This document shows, one piece after another, positions 13,697 to 27,039 of a DNA stretch of 64,000 bases; the first letter of the stretch is position 1; every line of letters begins with the position of its first letter. This DNA is from Takakia lepidozioides (lineage: Eukaryota > Plantae > Bryophyta). The notes beneath the pieces were generated by a model. The model saw only the letters and a list, made by a program, of their open reading frames with translations, ran no database searches and was not told where the DNA came from. The stretch covers positions 91,016,001 to 91,080,000 of the forward strand of contig CM060731.1 in the NCBI GenBank assembly GCA_030704615.1, in the 5' to 3' direction. A program made the translations under genes and the position numbers.

Positions 13697-14439
13697 TCTA
13701 TTGCTATTTATTTGCAAGATCAATCTTTGAAAAATCGTAGATGTCCGGGTTTGATATCGGTAGTATCTTATTCATTTAAATTTCAACCTAATAAGTTATT
13801 TATTTCTTACTGCGATTTTGGAAGGATAAAGATAAAGATAAAGTTACTTTAACGTCAAATGAATTTACATGGAAGGATGATTTTCATCTAAGTCTGATAT
13901 TTCTCATCATCTTCTTGCCCTGCAATCGCATGTCTCTGCTACAGCGGACGTAGGAGCTTCTCTCATTTTGCACTTCTTCCTTAATACCAATAGTGTATAT
14001 TGCTTAATTCTCCGCTAGAAATTGCACCAACAGGTACAGTAACGATATTGAATGAGTATGCTTTTCATGTTGAAAATTGGTTGAGGTTGCAAATGAGTTG
14101 AAAATTGGTTGAGGTTGCAAATGAGTTGAAATTCATGCGATTCATTTTCATTGTGATCATGATGAGTTTAGCTCTTATGATTGCAAGTATGGCTTCACCT
14201 ATGCACAATTCAGATGATGTTGGCGGTGCCGGAAAAGGAAGCAGAGGGAAAGGGAAAGATAAAACAAGCAAGACAACCAAACTGGGAGTGACTGAGCAGC
14301 ACTTGCTGAGTAGCAGCTGCTCAGTCAATCCCCCCCCCCACCTTTTTTTTTCTATTTGTTTCCTGATCTCCCCCTCTCTCTCCCTCCCTCTCCTTCCCTC
14401 CTTGGAATTGGCCGGTTTTCTCAGTTTTGATTTCCTGTT

Positions 14440-15042
14440 TTTCATCCATATCGGATGAATTCTGACAGTTTTTCACCCATCCTCTAATGATTTTTCATCC
14501 ATACCGGATGAACTAACAGGGTGGACACTGAATTACCTCTATGCATATCTAGGATGAATTTTGGGTTTTTCATTCCTCTTTTATTGACTTTCATCCATAC
14601 CGGATGAGTCACCAGAGAATGAGGGATTACCTCTGTGGGGGTTGCCACTATCATCATGTTTTTCATCCATACCGGATGATAACAGCCAGAATATTAATTT
14701 TTCATTCCTCTTTTTTCATCCATACCGGATGAGGAATTTTGGGATGTTGAATTACCTATGAGGTTGTAAACCGTTGCCGTGGATGATATTTCCTGTTTTT
14801 TCATCCCGCTGAATGATTTTTCAATGGATGAGCTCATGGATGATTTTTTTCTGTCATCTGAACCGGATGATATGTGTAGTTGTTTATGGCCCTGATTTGA
14901 TCTTAACTACCCCTAATTATGGTTAATTACGGTGTGAAACCCTAACCCCTACTCTTAAAACTATTTTTTAACCTAGCTACGGATGGAATCCGTCAGGTTT
15001 GTGGAATGTTATGACTATTTTTCATCCTACGCGGATGAAAAA
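14440..15042. repeat. Array of about 8 gapped palindromes TCATCC-N5-GGATGA
   Basis: TTTCATCCATACCGGATGA and variants at about 14441, 14495, 14590, 14661, 14715, 14800, 14855 and 15020. Confidence 0.8.
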
Positions 15043-15959
15043 TCGGGCAAATGCCTTAAGTTGTCTCTCCCGCCGTCAGAAGCACAAGGTGTGCTTCTGT
15101 GCTCACGGGGGGAGCGTTATGGCGTATGCGTTTTTGCTGCATGGTACCCGTGCTGAGCGGTTTCCTGGGGATGCGCAATGGTGGCGCTTGGTCTCTCTTA
15201 CATGCGGGAGACAAAGCTGTGAATGTTTTGTTTTGTTCTCCCCTCTGGCCTTTAATTCTTGCAGCGGCGCCTATGTTGGGAAGTCTCTCTCCCTCCCCTT
15301 CTTAACCTTGCAAGCTTGCTTACGTGCCTCATTGCTACTTTGCTTTGTTGGAGGCGGCTTGCTGGTGATAATGGCGCACAACTCCTTTCCCCAATCGCTT
15401 AAGGTGCCTTTGGTGAAGTGCTCCTTCTGTTTTTGTCTTTATCTCTTGCTTTTGGAATTCCTTGCTAACATCGATGATAAGTGAAAAAATTAGTCAGAGG
15501 GCAGCAAAATTCTGGCCTGTACTGACTTGCAATATGTCTTGCTAAGAGTCCGTAATGTCTTTCTCTACAAATCCATCACTCTTGTCAATCCAAAGCAACT
15601 TGTAATGTATATTTATGTAGCTCAGTCATGAAGCAAAATCTTGTAGTCAACAACCACACTTTGACCCACACTGTGATTCACTCATAGTCCTCTTTGGTTT
15701 CATGGACATTGATAACATTTTGTGGGATGTTAGATGTCAACTCCATCTCCTGAGATGAATCTTCAAGTTGCATGGGGGCAGGCATAGCAGTCTTGTCTTT
15801 AACGAATGTATGACACATTGCAGTGGTCAGATTAGAGAGCACATGTACCATATTCTTGTTGTTTCTGTATTTTTTTTTTCTCTGGCCTTCTGATACTGAA
15901 ACTGTTTGTTGAAAGAACGCTCAAGCGTCTTGGCTCTCTTCTGTTCCATAGACAATTGG

Positions 15960-16253
15960 GTTTGGTTAATCAAATTCATGGCGTCCATCAATGAGCGACT
16001 TCCTTGTTCTACAGCCTCAATCACAGGAACAAAAACCGATGTCCGTTTGCGCTTTTCTCCTGTGCTCCCTGACACTTGGGACTCGGACAGATTGATGAGC
16101 ATCTTATTTTTGGTTAATCAAATTCATGGTCTCCACCAATGAACGACTTCCTTGTTCTACAGCGTCAATCACAGGAACAAAAACCGATATCCGTTTGCGC
16201 TTTTGTCTTGTGCTCCCTGACATTTGGGACTCGAAAAGATTGATGACCATCTT
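15960..16253 (-). repeat. About 148-bp tandem duplication within a degraded coiled-coil-like coding fragment
   Basis: The segment INL(S/F)ESQ..GST..KRKR.SVFVPVI.AVEQGSRSL..MNLINQ occurs twice. Confidence 0.7.
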
Positions 16254-16338
16254 GTATTTGTTGACTGCTGATACTTTTGTGCAAGACTTGGTGTCAGTGC
16301 TCAAGTTGTGCACCACATGGCAGGGATTCGAAGTGTGG

Positions 16339-16903
16339 CAGGGATGCCTCGGCGTGAGCCTGGTCACGTGAGCGCAACTGCGCTCACGCCATGTCACCTT
16401 GCGCCAATGCCACATCACGGGGCTCACTCCACGTCATCACACTTGAAGACCGCGTCACCACGCGCCCAGGACGAAGTGGAGTGTATTCCCGCGGATTGGC
16501 ACCCTTTACCGCGGAAACAAGCTGGACGACATAATAAAAGGCAGTGGTCATTCCCACCTGAAAGCAACAGATGAATAAAGGATGGATGAATGTACAGTTG
16601 GATGATAAACAGATGGATGAGTGTGAAAAATGAATGTAGATGGATGAATGAGGGATGGATAAGAGTCAAATGGATGAATGTATAATGGATGTTGAGCAAT
16701 GAAAAACATTCATGACAGGAAGATGCATGACTAAAACTTTAGACGAATGCACAACGTATATGACATGAGTGTGGTAGGTTTGTGGGGTGGATTAAAGAGT
16801 ACAAAGGATGAATGTACAATGGATGTTGAACAAAGGAAAACATTCATGAATGGAGCACGCATGAATACACTGTAGATGAAAGCACAATGGATATGACAAG
16901 AGT
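16339..16903 (+). repeat. Long (~560 bp) terminal inverted repeat, transposase side
   Basis: Near-identical to 38951-39499. Identity starts sharply at CAGGGATGCC in both copies. CGTGAGCG/CGCTCACG and GGATGAATG sub-repeats; similar motifs continue to about 17100. Confidence 0.75.
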
Positions 16904-17575
16904 CAACGACGCAATGGCGTGAGCGTTGCGCGTGAGCGCGCGAGCGTACGCTCACGCAGGAGTGACGTGGCATGAGCGTACGCTCACGCCAGCTGACGTG
17001 GCGTGAGCCTGCACACACGCTGACGTGGCGTGAGCGTCATGTCAGCATGCTGATGTGGCGGTAAATGATGACGTGGCACTGTCCGTCATCTGCCACGTCA
17101 GCATTAACATGCGCCGCCTATAACCGTGGATGGTCCTATGACCGTGGAATTAATGCAGGGAATCTTGCCTAAATAGAATCAAGACGAGCGTTGAGGCCTA
17201 CAATTGCAGCATCCAACATTGTGCAATTACAAATGCTTGTTTCGCTTTTACAATTACGAGGACGACAAAATATCCTCACAAAGTGTGCGCCATAAAGGCT
17301 GCCACGGGAAGACCTTCCTCCCTCCTCAAATAACAATGAGAGTTAGGATCATCTTCAAAAGATGATTGTAGTGCATAGCGACAGCAAGACATGTAGACTT
17401 CGAACAGTGCAATGACAAATGTGCACTACCTAAAAGTTGTCACTCAAAGCTCACTCCGTATAGTTGGAGGCCATATCATTGCACAGCCGACGAATTGATG
17501 TGAATTACACATTTCAAATCATGGTCATCCACATACCACATTACATAGTTCATGCTACCCATGTGTTGTATCCCG

Positions 17576-20500
17576 CTACAAAAGAGTATCGACCTCGTTG
17601 AAACTCATAGTGGCCTGGTGAATGAAGTTGTCACGTTTGGGATCGCAAACCATCCTCCTCAAAAATATGAAATACAAATGTTTGCAGGGTATGAATTTAC
17701 CTCTCTTGCCCAAACTGGTTGATAGCATATTCACAAAATCAGGACATGTGCAATTGGGGAAATTGGAAACCGTGATGTCGTAGGTCCTGTCATGAACAGC
17801 AGATGTGGAAGTGATGATTGTGAATACCCGACCATATCCTGGATCGGGTTCTTCCGTGGTGCTTCCAACACGAGCTTGGAGCATTCTTGCGGACTCCACT
17901 TTGCCAAAGTGTTCAGCGGTTGGAGGGAAACGCCGAACGAGCTTTCCATCTCGTTTGGTTGGCCACAAGTCAGGATTTGCCGGGGGGACCCGGGAGGACG
18001 CAGAAGTAGTAGCACATGCATGGAGTTGGGGTTGTCTCCGCAAGGGAAAAACCTGCCTCCTCCAACATTTCAATCTCCTGAAAGCTGAGATGTGTTCCCA
18101 CCTTCACGGGCCAAACGGTTGGAGGAGATGGCTTCATCACTACGGAAGGACGCACAGTTCCATGCACACATCTGGCACAATCATCTGCGCAGAACCAGAA
18201 CTTGTGGTTATTGGCTTCTGGTTGACCGTATGGACGCATCAAGCCCGTGAAAGTCGGAGCATGAGTTCGGGCACCACCTCTGGATATAAATGAAATGCAC
18301 TTCTCGAAATTAGTTACCCTGATCGCTGTACATTTCACACGAGACCCTACACTTATGCGTTCTATGTGCTAAACGTGGTCGGGGCATGCGGACTCAAGCA
18401 CATCAAGGGGGTTGTTTCTCTCCTGCACCATTTCAGTGGCACTGTTTGATGCTGGAGCTTGCCGTCGTGTTGGAGGTTCCTCCACAATGGAGGTTCCGGA
18501 CATGGAGCTGTCATGCAGGGGAACACGAGGCTTCGAGAAGTTATCACGGTCTGCCCTGTGGGAATCTGAATCCGAACCAGGTGGAGTGTTCAATTTCCTC
18601 TTACAGGAGCCGAATCTCTCCTCCCCTTCAAGATGTGGAACTCTAGAAACAAGTGGCGTTCCCTGGGCATACATGCTCACCGCCCGTGCTATCTTGATTG
18701 GATCCCCAGATCTGTTTGCAGCACGCAACATCAACTCCCATTTGTCCAGACCCTTGCCACCAACCCCACCTCGTAAGAAATCACGGTATCGGGTTTGTTG
18801 TTGCAAGGCACGTATCAAATCATCTGTTGTTGCCACATACAAATCCCGACCTCGTTTCCCAGATTGCTGCAACCATGCGTTGTGCGCAGTTTCTGCCAAA
18901 TTGCAAGATGGCATGTCCGCCATTTCCTCAATGGACATGTTCTGCAAAGAGGATAACCACACTTCCGAACAGTGCACAGGAAACAACATAAAGAAAGCAA
19001 TGAGTCAAAAATATGGAAAGCAAATGTATGAATAAAGCATGAAATAGAAGCCTCGTACCATTGTCATGGCTGCTCCCCACTGTCTATACCGGAAGTGCCA
19101 AAACGCCAGCCAATCTTCCAATTCTCTCATACTCTCAAGTGATGCAGCTCCAGAAGAGAAACACCAGGCACGAATTGTCTGGAACAAAGTGTCCGCCTCC
19201 TTCATTGTTCTAGCATCTTTGTACTCTTTGCACAATTTACGGTGCTGAGTCTGCATCTCTGGTTTGATGTCCGACTTTGTATGTTTTTCCAGAGATTGTG
19301 TCAAATGGAATAGACATGTACGCTCTCTTCCTGGCATAGGCACTTTTGGGTCGCCCGATCCGAAGACAATACGAACAGCATTGAAATTTGCTTGAGCACT
19401 ATCCGCCATGAAACCTGCGAAATTTGGAGATGGCAGCCCATGACACGTATCAGGGAATTCCACATGAGCTTCTGGGATTCCGTATCCTCGGATTGCATGT
19501 CACAAACTGCAATTGTCATAACTCGTTGGTACACTGGATCGTAGACATGACAAGCCATTGTCGTCCAATCCTTCACTCGTTTCACATGATCAAACATAAG
19601 AAAACAGTTCTGCAAGTCCCTAGTCTTCTGCATCCGCTTCACGAGGCTAACCCCACTGCCCTCCCCAACAGTCGACATTTTGAAAAGAAAAACTTTGATG
19701 GCACCTTGACCTGGGAATACATTGTCCTGGATGTAATAATACTTGCTCACTCGTTTCAATTCCAAAATATTGTCTATGTAGCCTCTGATCCCAGAGCCCA
19801 TTCTCAATGTATTGATCTGATGCCGAATGTTAGGTGAACTTAAAGTGGAGAAATGATCCATGACCAGGTCCAATGTTGCACCGTCAAGTTTAGTCCCCAC
19901 AGAATCTCCTTCACTCAAAATATGGCTTTCCAAGAAGGACTTGCTTGCGCCAAGAGCAATTGCAGATGTTGTTGCGGATGGGTTTCTCCCGAACTCCTGT
20001 TTGATCAACCTCGATACTGTCTCAACACTCTCCATGTAATCCCCATTCGAGACAGGATGGTTATGGAATCCGAAATGCACACAAGCTCTTGTCATTGTTT
20101 TCAAACGGTGGACAACATAGTACATTCTTGCTCCGCAGAGCGCCAAGCAGGATGGCACAAGTTTGCAGAATTTGCAGACGAAAGTATTTGCCGGTGGAGG
20201 GGCAGTCCCAAGCTGAAATGGATTTTCCGCCAGACCCTCCCATTCGCTTTGATTATGAACCCCAGACTGAAGAAAGTGTCTGCAATTCAAATTATCACAC
20301 CTAAGGTGTCCATTGCAAACTGTCCTCCTGAAAACAAGCTTGTCATCATTCTGAATATTGGATGTTTTTGTTCTGCACCACGGGTGCCCGTCGTGTTTCT
20401 TGTCCATTCCATGCATCATGATTGTTACACCTCCAACTCGCGGAGGAGGAGGCAGCTCGAATAGGATATCGCCATCAAAAGTCTCCGGCAAGAACTTCAC

Positions 20501-21057
20501 AGGCACCTGCTTCAAAGATTCCCAATCAATTCCCCGCAACTCACTTTTGAATCCAGCCATTCCTCCCATCGCCCGCAATTTTGGAATGACACTACAAATC
20601 TCTTCTTCATCAGCTTCTCCAACCATAGTAGGAAGGACTGGATTTGGAATTTCACTTATGTCATCATCGGAAGAATCCGAAAGCTCAACGATTGGAGTGG
20701 AGAACGTCTGTTCCTTTTTCACCATCACCTCCCTCTTGTCTTCAACGACCGAAGCAGCAGTCCCGGGCGTCACATATGACCCAAGGGACTTTCGCCGAGG
20801 CTCTCCAAGTACTCTGTATCGACCAGGACGCACTCTCCATAGGCTGATATGAGCCGTCTCATCACGGTTTTGAAAAGAGTATTTCAACAACTTCCCTTTA
20901 AGATCGTACACCTCTTTCTCCAAAAAGGAGCCATTCTGCAGCTGAAAACGGGTAGCCAAGACATGTTCCAGAACAATTGCAAATCCATTGTCAAGGACTT
21001 CCTGGGAGAACGGCACTGGTTTGTCGTCGAGAAGAACTCCGCTTCAGAGGAAGCCAT
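17576..21057 (-). pseudogene. MULE-family DDE transposase with N-terminal GCM-like Zn domain and C-terminal SWIM finger (frameshifted)
   Basis: N-terminal DGHPWCRTKTS...RRTVCNGHLRCDNLNC...CKFC...CGAR...HFGFHNHP. Catalytic-type motifs MFDHVKR (~19590), FMADSAQAN (~19400), CLFH (~19310) and CNLAETAH (~18895). SWIM CTCPDF...CKHL (~17680-17755). Intron at about 18946-19058; frameshifts near 21030, 19435 and 18370. Confidence 0.85.
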
Positions 21058-21913
21058 CTTCCTTCCTCGCGTACGTTTGTACCTTGCTATCGCAGATCTA
21101 GTGTAAATCGGTTTACTGATGTCTCCAGAACACAGTTGAAGAATGAGCAGAGAATATGGCAGAGGAAGCTCAGACAACGACTGTGCATATTATGTTATTC
21201 TTTCCAGATATGCAGCCGTCCATTTTAATTACTTTTCTTGTGGGCCCAGTGGTCAGAGTATCCCTAGGAGCAGTGTCGGCAGCTGTTAAACCGTTAACCA
21301 GAACCTCATCAATAAACCCAAAAACAAAGCCGACTTCCTGGAAGCATGCCACGGGATCTGAGAATGGGATTGCAGATTAAGTAAATGTATCTTTATACTA
21401 CTACCAATGATCATGCGCACCTGGAAAGTTCCAAATGTGAAACGAATGTGGGGTTTGGCTAACAAGGATGACCGTGTATGATATTCCAAGATTTGTCATC
21501 AAACTCTCGTTCATTTACATTTATTTGTGTAAGACTATGCGCCAAGATTTCTGGGATTCGCTGTTATTTTTAAATATTGAAACCGTTCTAATAAAGAACA
21601 CGCCGTTTTTTTTGGGCGACACACGTCAGACATCCATAACTGAATACGAACAGCTGTACACCAATTGCTGGCATGTGCACTAATAAGGGAACGACTATGT
21701 GTAACGGTCACGCGAGAGGGAATCCGATGCTTCTAGAGACACGCAAGAACGCAGGCAATCCCGCAAGAAATCGGGAGTCACTGTGTTTTTCTACTTTTCG
21801 CGCTTAGAGGGAGAGTGGTAGTCAAGCTGGAGAAGGTTCCTTCTACAATACGAAAGAGAAGAAAGTCTCTTTATTTTACTTCCCTTAGAGAGAGACGCAG
21901 AGCAAGAAAGCAA

Positions 21914-24900
21914 ATGACGAGGCGTCGTTTGTTGGAGAACACAGGGCCAAGGCAGCAGGTGAACGCGGAGACTGATTCAGAAGAGCAGACAAAGACTGAG
22001 GCAGCGGCTGTGACACAATCGGCGATAAGAGTGCGCCAGCCTGTGGAGGCAGAGATGATTCGCAGGGACACTGAAGGAGGTGGAAGCACGCGGAACGCCG
22101 AACCGGGAGAAGGTCCAGAAACCCTAGAGCAGACAGAAATTCCAGCAGATGTGAGAGGGAAGAGGAAAGCTGCAGAAGGGGATCAAATTTCAAAACCTAA
22201 GAAGGCACCAGTAAGTTTTATCTAACTTACATTTCATTGTTGAAGATATGCGTAGAGATTGAGTGGAATGTCCCAGACAGGGATTGTCGCTACCGACCAT
22301 CACAAAGGTGATTTGCTTTCTACTCCTCTGCGAAGGGTGTACCGCACAATGAGTGGGTGACTATCGGTACAGTCATTCACTGTTGTTCAGATCATACAGT
22401 CTGTCTGATTGCCTTTCAAGGAGTCCTTCCTCTTCCCTTCTTTAGCAGGAACTACTGAATTGCGAGCGTCGTTAACGCCATTCGATTCTCCTCATGAGAT
22501 TTATGGATGTGTTTGAAGAGAGAGTGAGGGTCGGCATACCGTCAATCATCGTTGTTCATACCATACAGTCTGTCTGATGGCCTTTCAAGCAGTCCTTCCT
22601 CTTCCCATGCTTGCGACGTTCATCACAATGGAGTCAATCTGAATAATCTGCACTTACTGTCGGCCCTAAACTATACTGAATGTCGTTGCCGCCAATCAGT
22701 TGCACATAGATGTCATTACACAATACCGATCCGGCAGGTCGTTATCTTTTGTGATTGTCGTTAACGCCGTTCGCTATCGCTCTTGCTTTTGTTTTGAATA
22801 CGGCAGTATCAGCTTTGCTTGTGTAGATTGTGCTGAATTGTTTCACACCATTCATAGTGAGTTTCTTTGAGACAGAGTGATGGTCGTTACCGCCATTCAC
22901 TATTTGCAAATTACTCAATCAGAACTGAATGGCATCGTGCAGAAAACTATGAGGTCAAAGCCTACAGGATCAGAGGGGAAAGGAGCTGGAGATGGGGACG
23001 AGTCCGCAAAAAGCTCAGAGAATACAGATGAAGCAGATGAATCTGAAGTGCACTACCTTGACAAGGTGAAAGAACTCATGTCATTCCAGAAGGTAAACTC
23101 TCAGGAGGTTATAAGGGACATGCTCGTATCTGGAGGGCGTCTGGACATCCCTCTGTGCCGGATGATATCAATGCCCGTTGTGCGTCCACCTCTTTCCCAT
23201 GACATAACAAAATTGGAGAGTGATTTTGTGCATGGATATAGACTTGGTGCACAAGTTTTTCATGTGTCACTGACAGATATAAATGCGTAAAGCACATTAG
23301 TGTCTCCAGAGATCAGTGATAACTGGGATGAGTGCTGGAAAGATGCCAATGAGGAGTTCGAGCTGGGCCTCATGATGGGAAAGAACACCCAGCAATTCTG
23401 CAACCACATGTTCTACGTCTGGGACGGCAGCCACCGATTGCTGGCATGGATGGGATACATTCAGAAACACCATGCGAAAGACAAAGACAAGCATGTTGTT
23501 GTGGAGGCAATGGTTTTGGATCCTGGAAACGACATCGCTAGGCTTCTTACAGCTATGCACAACGTGAACAAGTAAGTCATCCAGGAGATTTCATTCCCTC
23601 TGTAGTGTCTTATTAATCCTCAAAAAACAGTGTTAAGGAATGCAATGTTTCCAATGTTTTTGCAGATCGACAGAGAAATCGCATGTGACAACAAGCTTGG
23701 TTCACACACTATTCCGAATTCAGAGGATTGGTCTGATGAAGCTGGATGATTTTCGGACAGTACTACCACCCAATATCATCAAGAAGTGCGAAACAGGAAG
23801 AGCTGCAGGTACTTGGTATTCTTTGACACGAGAGGCGTTTCTGGAGTACATGTATGCGGTAAGCCCGAGTCTGTACTCTGTTTACTTTTCGAATACATGT
23901 TTGTAGTCCTTTCGGAGCTAATCACTACTTGAATCAATGCAGCAAGAACTGGCAGAGGTAGCTGAGAAGGGAAAATCCGAATATTACCGCACTACACCAG
24001 AAGAACTAAGAACATCAAAGGGTGTGGAAGCTACAATAAAGAAGGAGTTTGAAATGCGAAGAACCAAATTGATGTCCGCCTTCGGAAAGCAGCTTAGAAT
24101 AGTAGATCCTGGACTGAGTTCCTTCAGCAGATCAAAACACACTATGACAAGCATGTGCATCCGGAGATGCAGCAGGAGAAATTGCACCGGCTGGCCATAT
24201 CGATGGTCGACCCACAAACAAAAACAAGGTGGCTGGAGATATGGAACTCAGATCAAACAGTAAAGGACTTGAATCAGTTCCCAAAGAGCACCATACAGCC
24301 TGACACAAAGGTGGAAGGAATCAGTGATTTGGTGTTTGATAACTGGCTCCACAAGGCTACATTTTGGAGTCAGGTGTGTATTCAAACATGCTGTTTTCTT
24401 CTCTTCAAGTATGTGATGAGTATCTTATTTGCAATTCTGACAAATATACTATTTGCAGCTTGAAAAGCGCGCCGTCATTGTGCTGGATCAGACTTTGAAG
24501 GACCTGAACATTTCGATTGTTTCCCCTCCCCAAATGTTATTGGAGGCATACATAAGGAAGTGGAGAGGTCTCACCTGGAGATACTGTTTTTTCCGGGAGT
24601 TCTCCAAAAATGGTAACATTTTACGGTCCAACGACTTTGACAGTCAGGTTGGAGGAGAGTGGGCCATGATGCGAGTTGTGTACAGGTGCAATGTCATACT
24701 TGAAACTCTACTGTTTTTTTTGGGAAAAAATGTGGCTTCATAAGGATTGCAATCATAGATCCAGATTGAATGTCGTTGATGACATTCACTTCTTTGTCTG
24801 AGTCATTCTTAAGCGAGTATATGAATTCACCTGGTTAGGATCTAAGGGTGTAATTATAGTGTCCCTTATTAGAATTGATAATGTCCTTGAATGGCGTTGA

Positions 24901-27039
24901 CGACATTCACATACGGAGTTGTTGAGAGGTCCTCAGAGTTATGTAAATTTTTGTAATGTCCATAAAGGTTACAGTGAGGGTTCCTCACTTCATTTTGCTG
25001 AATGTCAATGCAGACATTCAGTTGTTCTGCATTGTTTTTGCCTCTTGCGAGGAATCTGGAGGCTTGATAAGCTCTGTTATGAGAAATCCAAAGTGAATGT
25101 CGTTGACGACATTCACTTCTGTGTCTGTATTATTCAACAGCGACAATTTGAATTTACATGGATTGGGAGCTAAGTAATTGGTTTCTTTTTGGTATTTTTG
25201 TGAATGGCGTTGACGCCATTCACATACAGTGATGTTGTGAGATCCTCAGTGATATGTTCGTTATGAATGTGCATTGAGTTTTCCTGGAGGGCTCCTTACT
25301 CGAGTTTATGATTTCCATCCTGTGATTTTGCTTCATTTGAGGAATAATTAGGCTTCATTAGTGAATGTCGTTGACGACATTCACTTCTATGTCTGTGTCA
25401 TTCCAAAACGATAGTTTGCATTCACCTGGATTAGGGTGTATTTACCATTGAATGGAATGTTTTGAATGGCGTTGACGACATTCACATCTGGAGCAGTCGT
25501 GTGGTCCTGAAAGGTCCTTGGAGCAGTTCTCAGAGCCATTTCAATCTATGTTTTTTTCATTCTGTTCTACTTGCATCTTACTCACTGAGCGCTTTTGTGG
25601 GTTGGGATTTATCTCCTTTTTTCAGGTACACGAAATATGTGCTTATGGAAGGAAATCACCTGAGCGGAATTCCAGACTATCTTGACATGTGGTCGGACCC
25701 TGCAAACGATCCAACCATGTATACTGCAGGGATATTGAAGGACTGGAGTCCTTCTCACTTCAGAGTCTGTGGGTGGTACCTTGACTGCCCACCGGAGCAC
25801 ACGACCTTTCAAGAACAGCATATGACATACTTGAACAATAACGCTGAGATGCTGGTGCCTTTGACTGACGAAGAGTACCAACGAAACATAGCAACATTGG
25901 CTGCCAAGGAGCCTGATGCTCAGGGAACGCCGCAGAAGGGAAAGAAGGCGGGCCGCAAACCAAAAGACAAGGTTGTTGATGTCATAGCTATCTCACCAGC
26001 AAAGCCAAAGGACAAAGACAAGTCCAAAGAGAAGGAAAAGGACAAGGGGAAGGAGAAAGAAAAGGAGATGGAGAGTGGGCAGGACTTTACTGCTGGAAGA
26101 TATACCCGCACTCTTCAGTGCGTGTTCGATGCCAAGCCACACCCTTCCCGTTCTGATTCAGCAGGAGAGATGAAAATTGTTAATGAGGGTTGGCTGTCGA
26201 TGATGCAGAGTCGAAAGAGAGGATACACTGGGGTGCCATCCCCTACCTGGGACAATATAATCTCATTCCTCAATCTGGTGAGAATTCCAGTTTCTTTCCT
26301 TTTTCTCTGAAAGTTTCGTTGGCAGTATTTCAGTCTCGTTCTTTGAAAACATTCTTGCCATCGTTCTTATAAAAAACATGTCTGTTGCAGGTGAGCACAG
26401 GTCCCACCTTCGTGTGCGGTGTGCAGAAAACTTATGCGGCCGACATTGTCATTCTCGACATCCCGGATGGTCAGGCTGTGCCAGAAGTTCTTCCAAAGGG
26501 CAAGACGCCAGGCTGGAACAAATTCGAGGACAACTACTGGAGTTGGGTGTTCGGGTTCTGTAACAACTTCCTCTCTGATGCAGGGACACTTCTGCATTTT
26601 CAGTCATGTGACAATGATAGTCGTCGAGCATTGGCATCATACCTCAAGTCTTCAGGGTTTGAAGTTTTGCGCACATGGAATTGTGTGAACAGCCTCTACC
26701 TTGTGAAAGGGGGTTTCCCTGGTCAGCTGGTATGCCATCTCCCTTCTACTTGTGCTTTCATCATGAGTTTCAATGTTCTTTGCAGCTCCACTCTAGTAGA
26801 ATGTGTTATGATCGACACCGATCATCACCGATTCATGATTTTTTTTTGTCTGAGTTCTGAATAGCCGATGTACACACTTCCACTATAGATTGTGTTTACC
26901 ACACTAACCTGCTATCTTTGGCAGACGAGGATGTTCGAGGCAATCTGCCTGCGAAGGATTCGCACCTCAAAGACACCATCCTCCATCCGCAGCTTTGAGA
27001 TTTCTGACCAGGGTTGTTTCGTCAACCCCCCCTATGAGC
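21914..27039 (+). pseudogene. Spliced accessory gene: ParB/Srx-like domain plus beta-class amino-methyltransferase-like domain (copy A, 3' truncated)
   Basis: GT-AG exons at about 21914-22210, 22943-23571, 23666-23858, 23943-24373, 24459-24685, 25626-26277, 26391-26729 and 26924-27039. ParB-like VVRPPLSHDITKLESDF...YVWDGSHRLLAW. Motif-IV-like ADIVILDIPDG (~26438-26470). Premature stop at 23288 and a 7-bp deletion at ~24116 relative to copy B. Confidence 0.75.
24766..25485. repeat. Intronic array of seven 24-bp palindromes GTGAATGTCGT-TG-ACGACATTCAC inside a ~325-bp higher-order repeat
   Basis: Copies start at 24766, 24887, 24998, 25093, 25200, 25361 and 25462. Confidence 0.92.

Larger units (their letters stand above)
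16339..27039. mobile_element. MULE-like DNA transposon, copy A (right part lost at a gypsy junction)
   Basis: Contains terminal repeat 16339-16903, a transposase on minus and a divergent accessory gene on plus. Homologous to 38951-46215. Confidence 0.8.

Noticed and set aside
18412-21380. Plus-strand ORFs over the transposase
   Set aside because: They are antisense shadows of the transposase coding sequence.
24766-25485. CRISPR array
   Set aside because: The spacers are 70-140 bp and homologous to one another (higher-order repeat), there are no cas genes, and the context is a eukaryotic intron.
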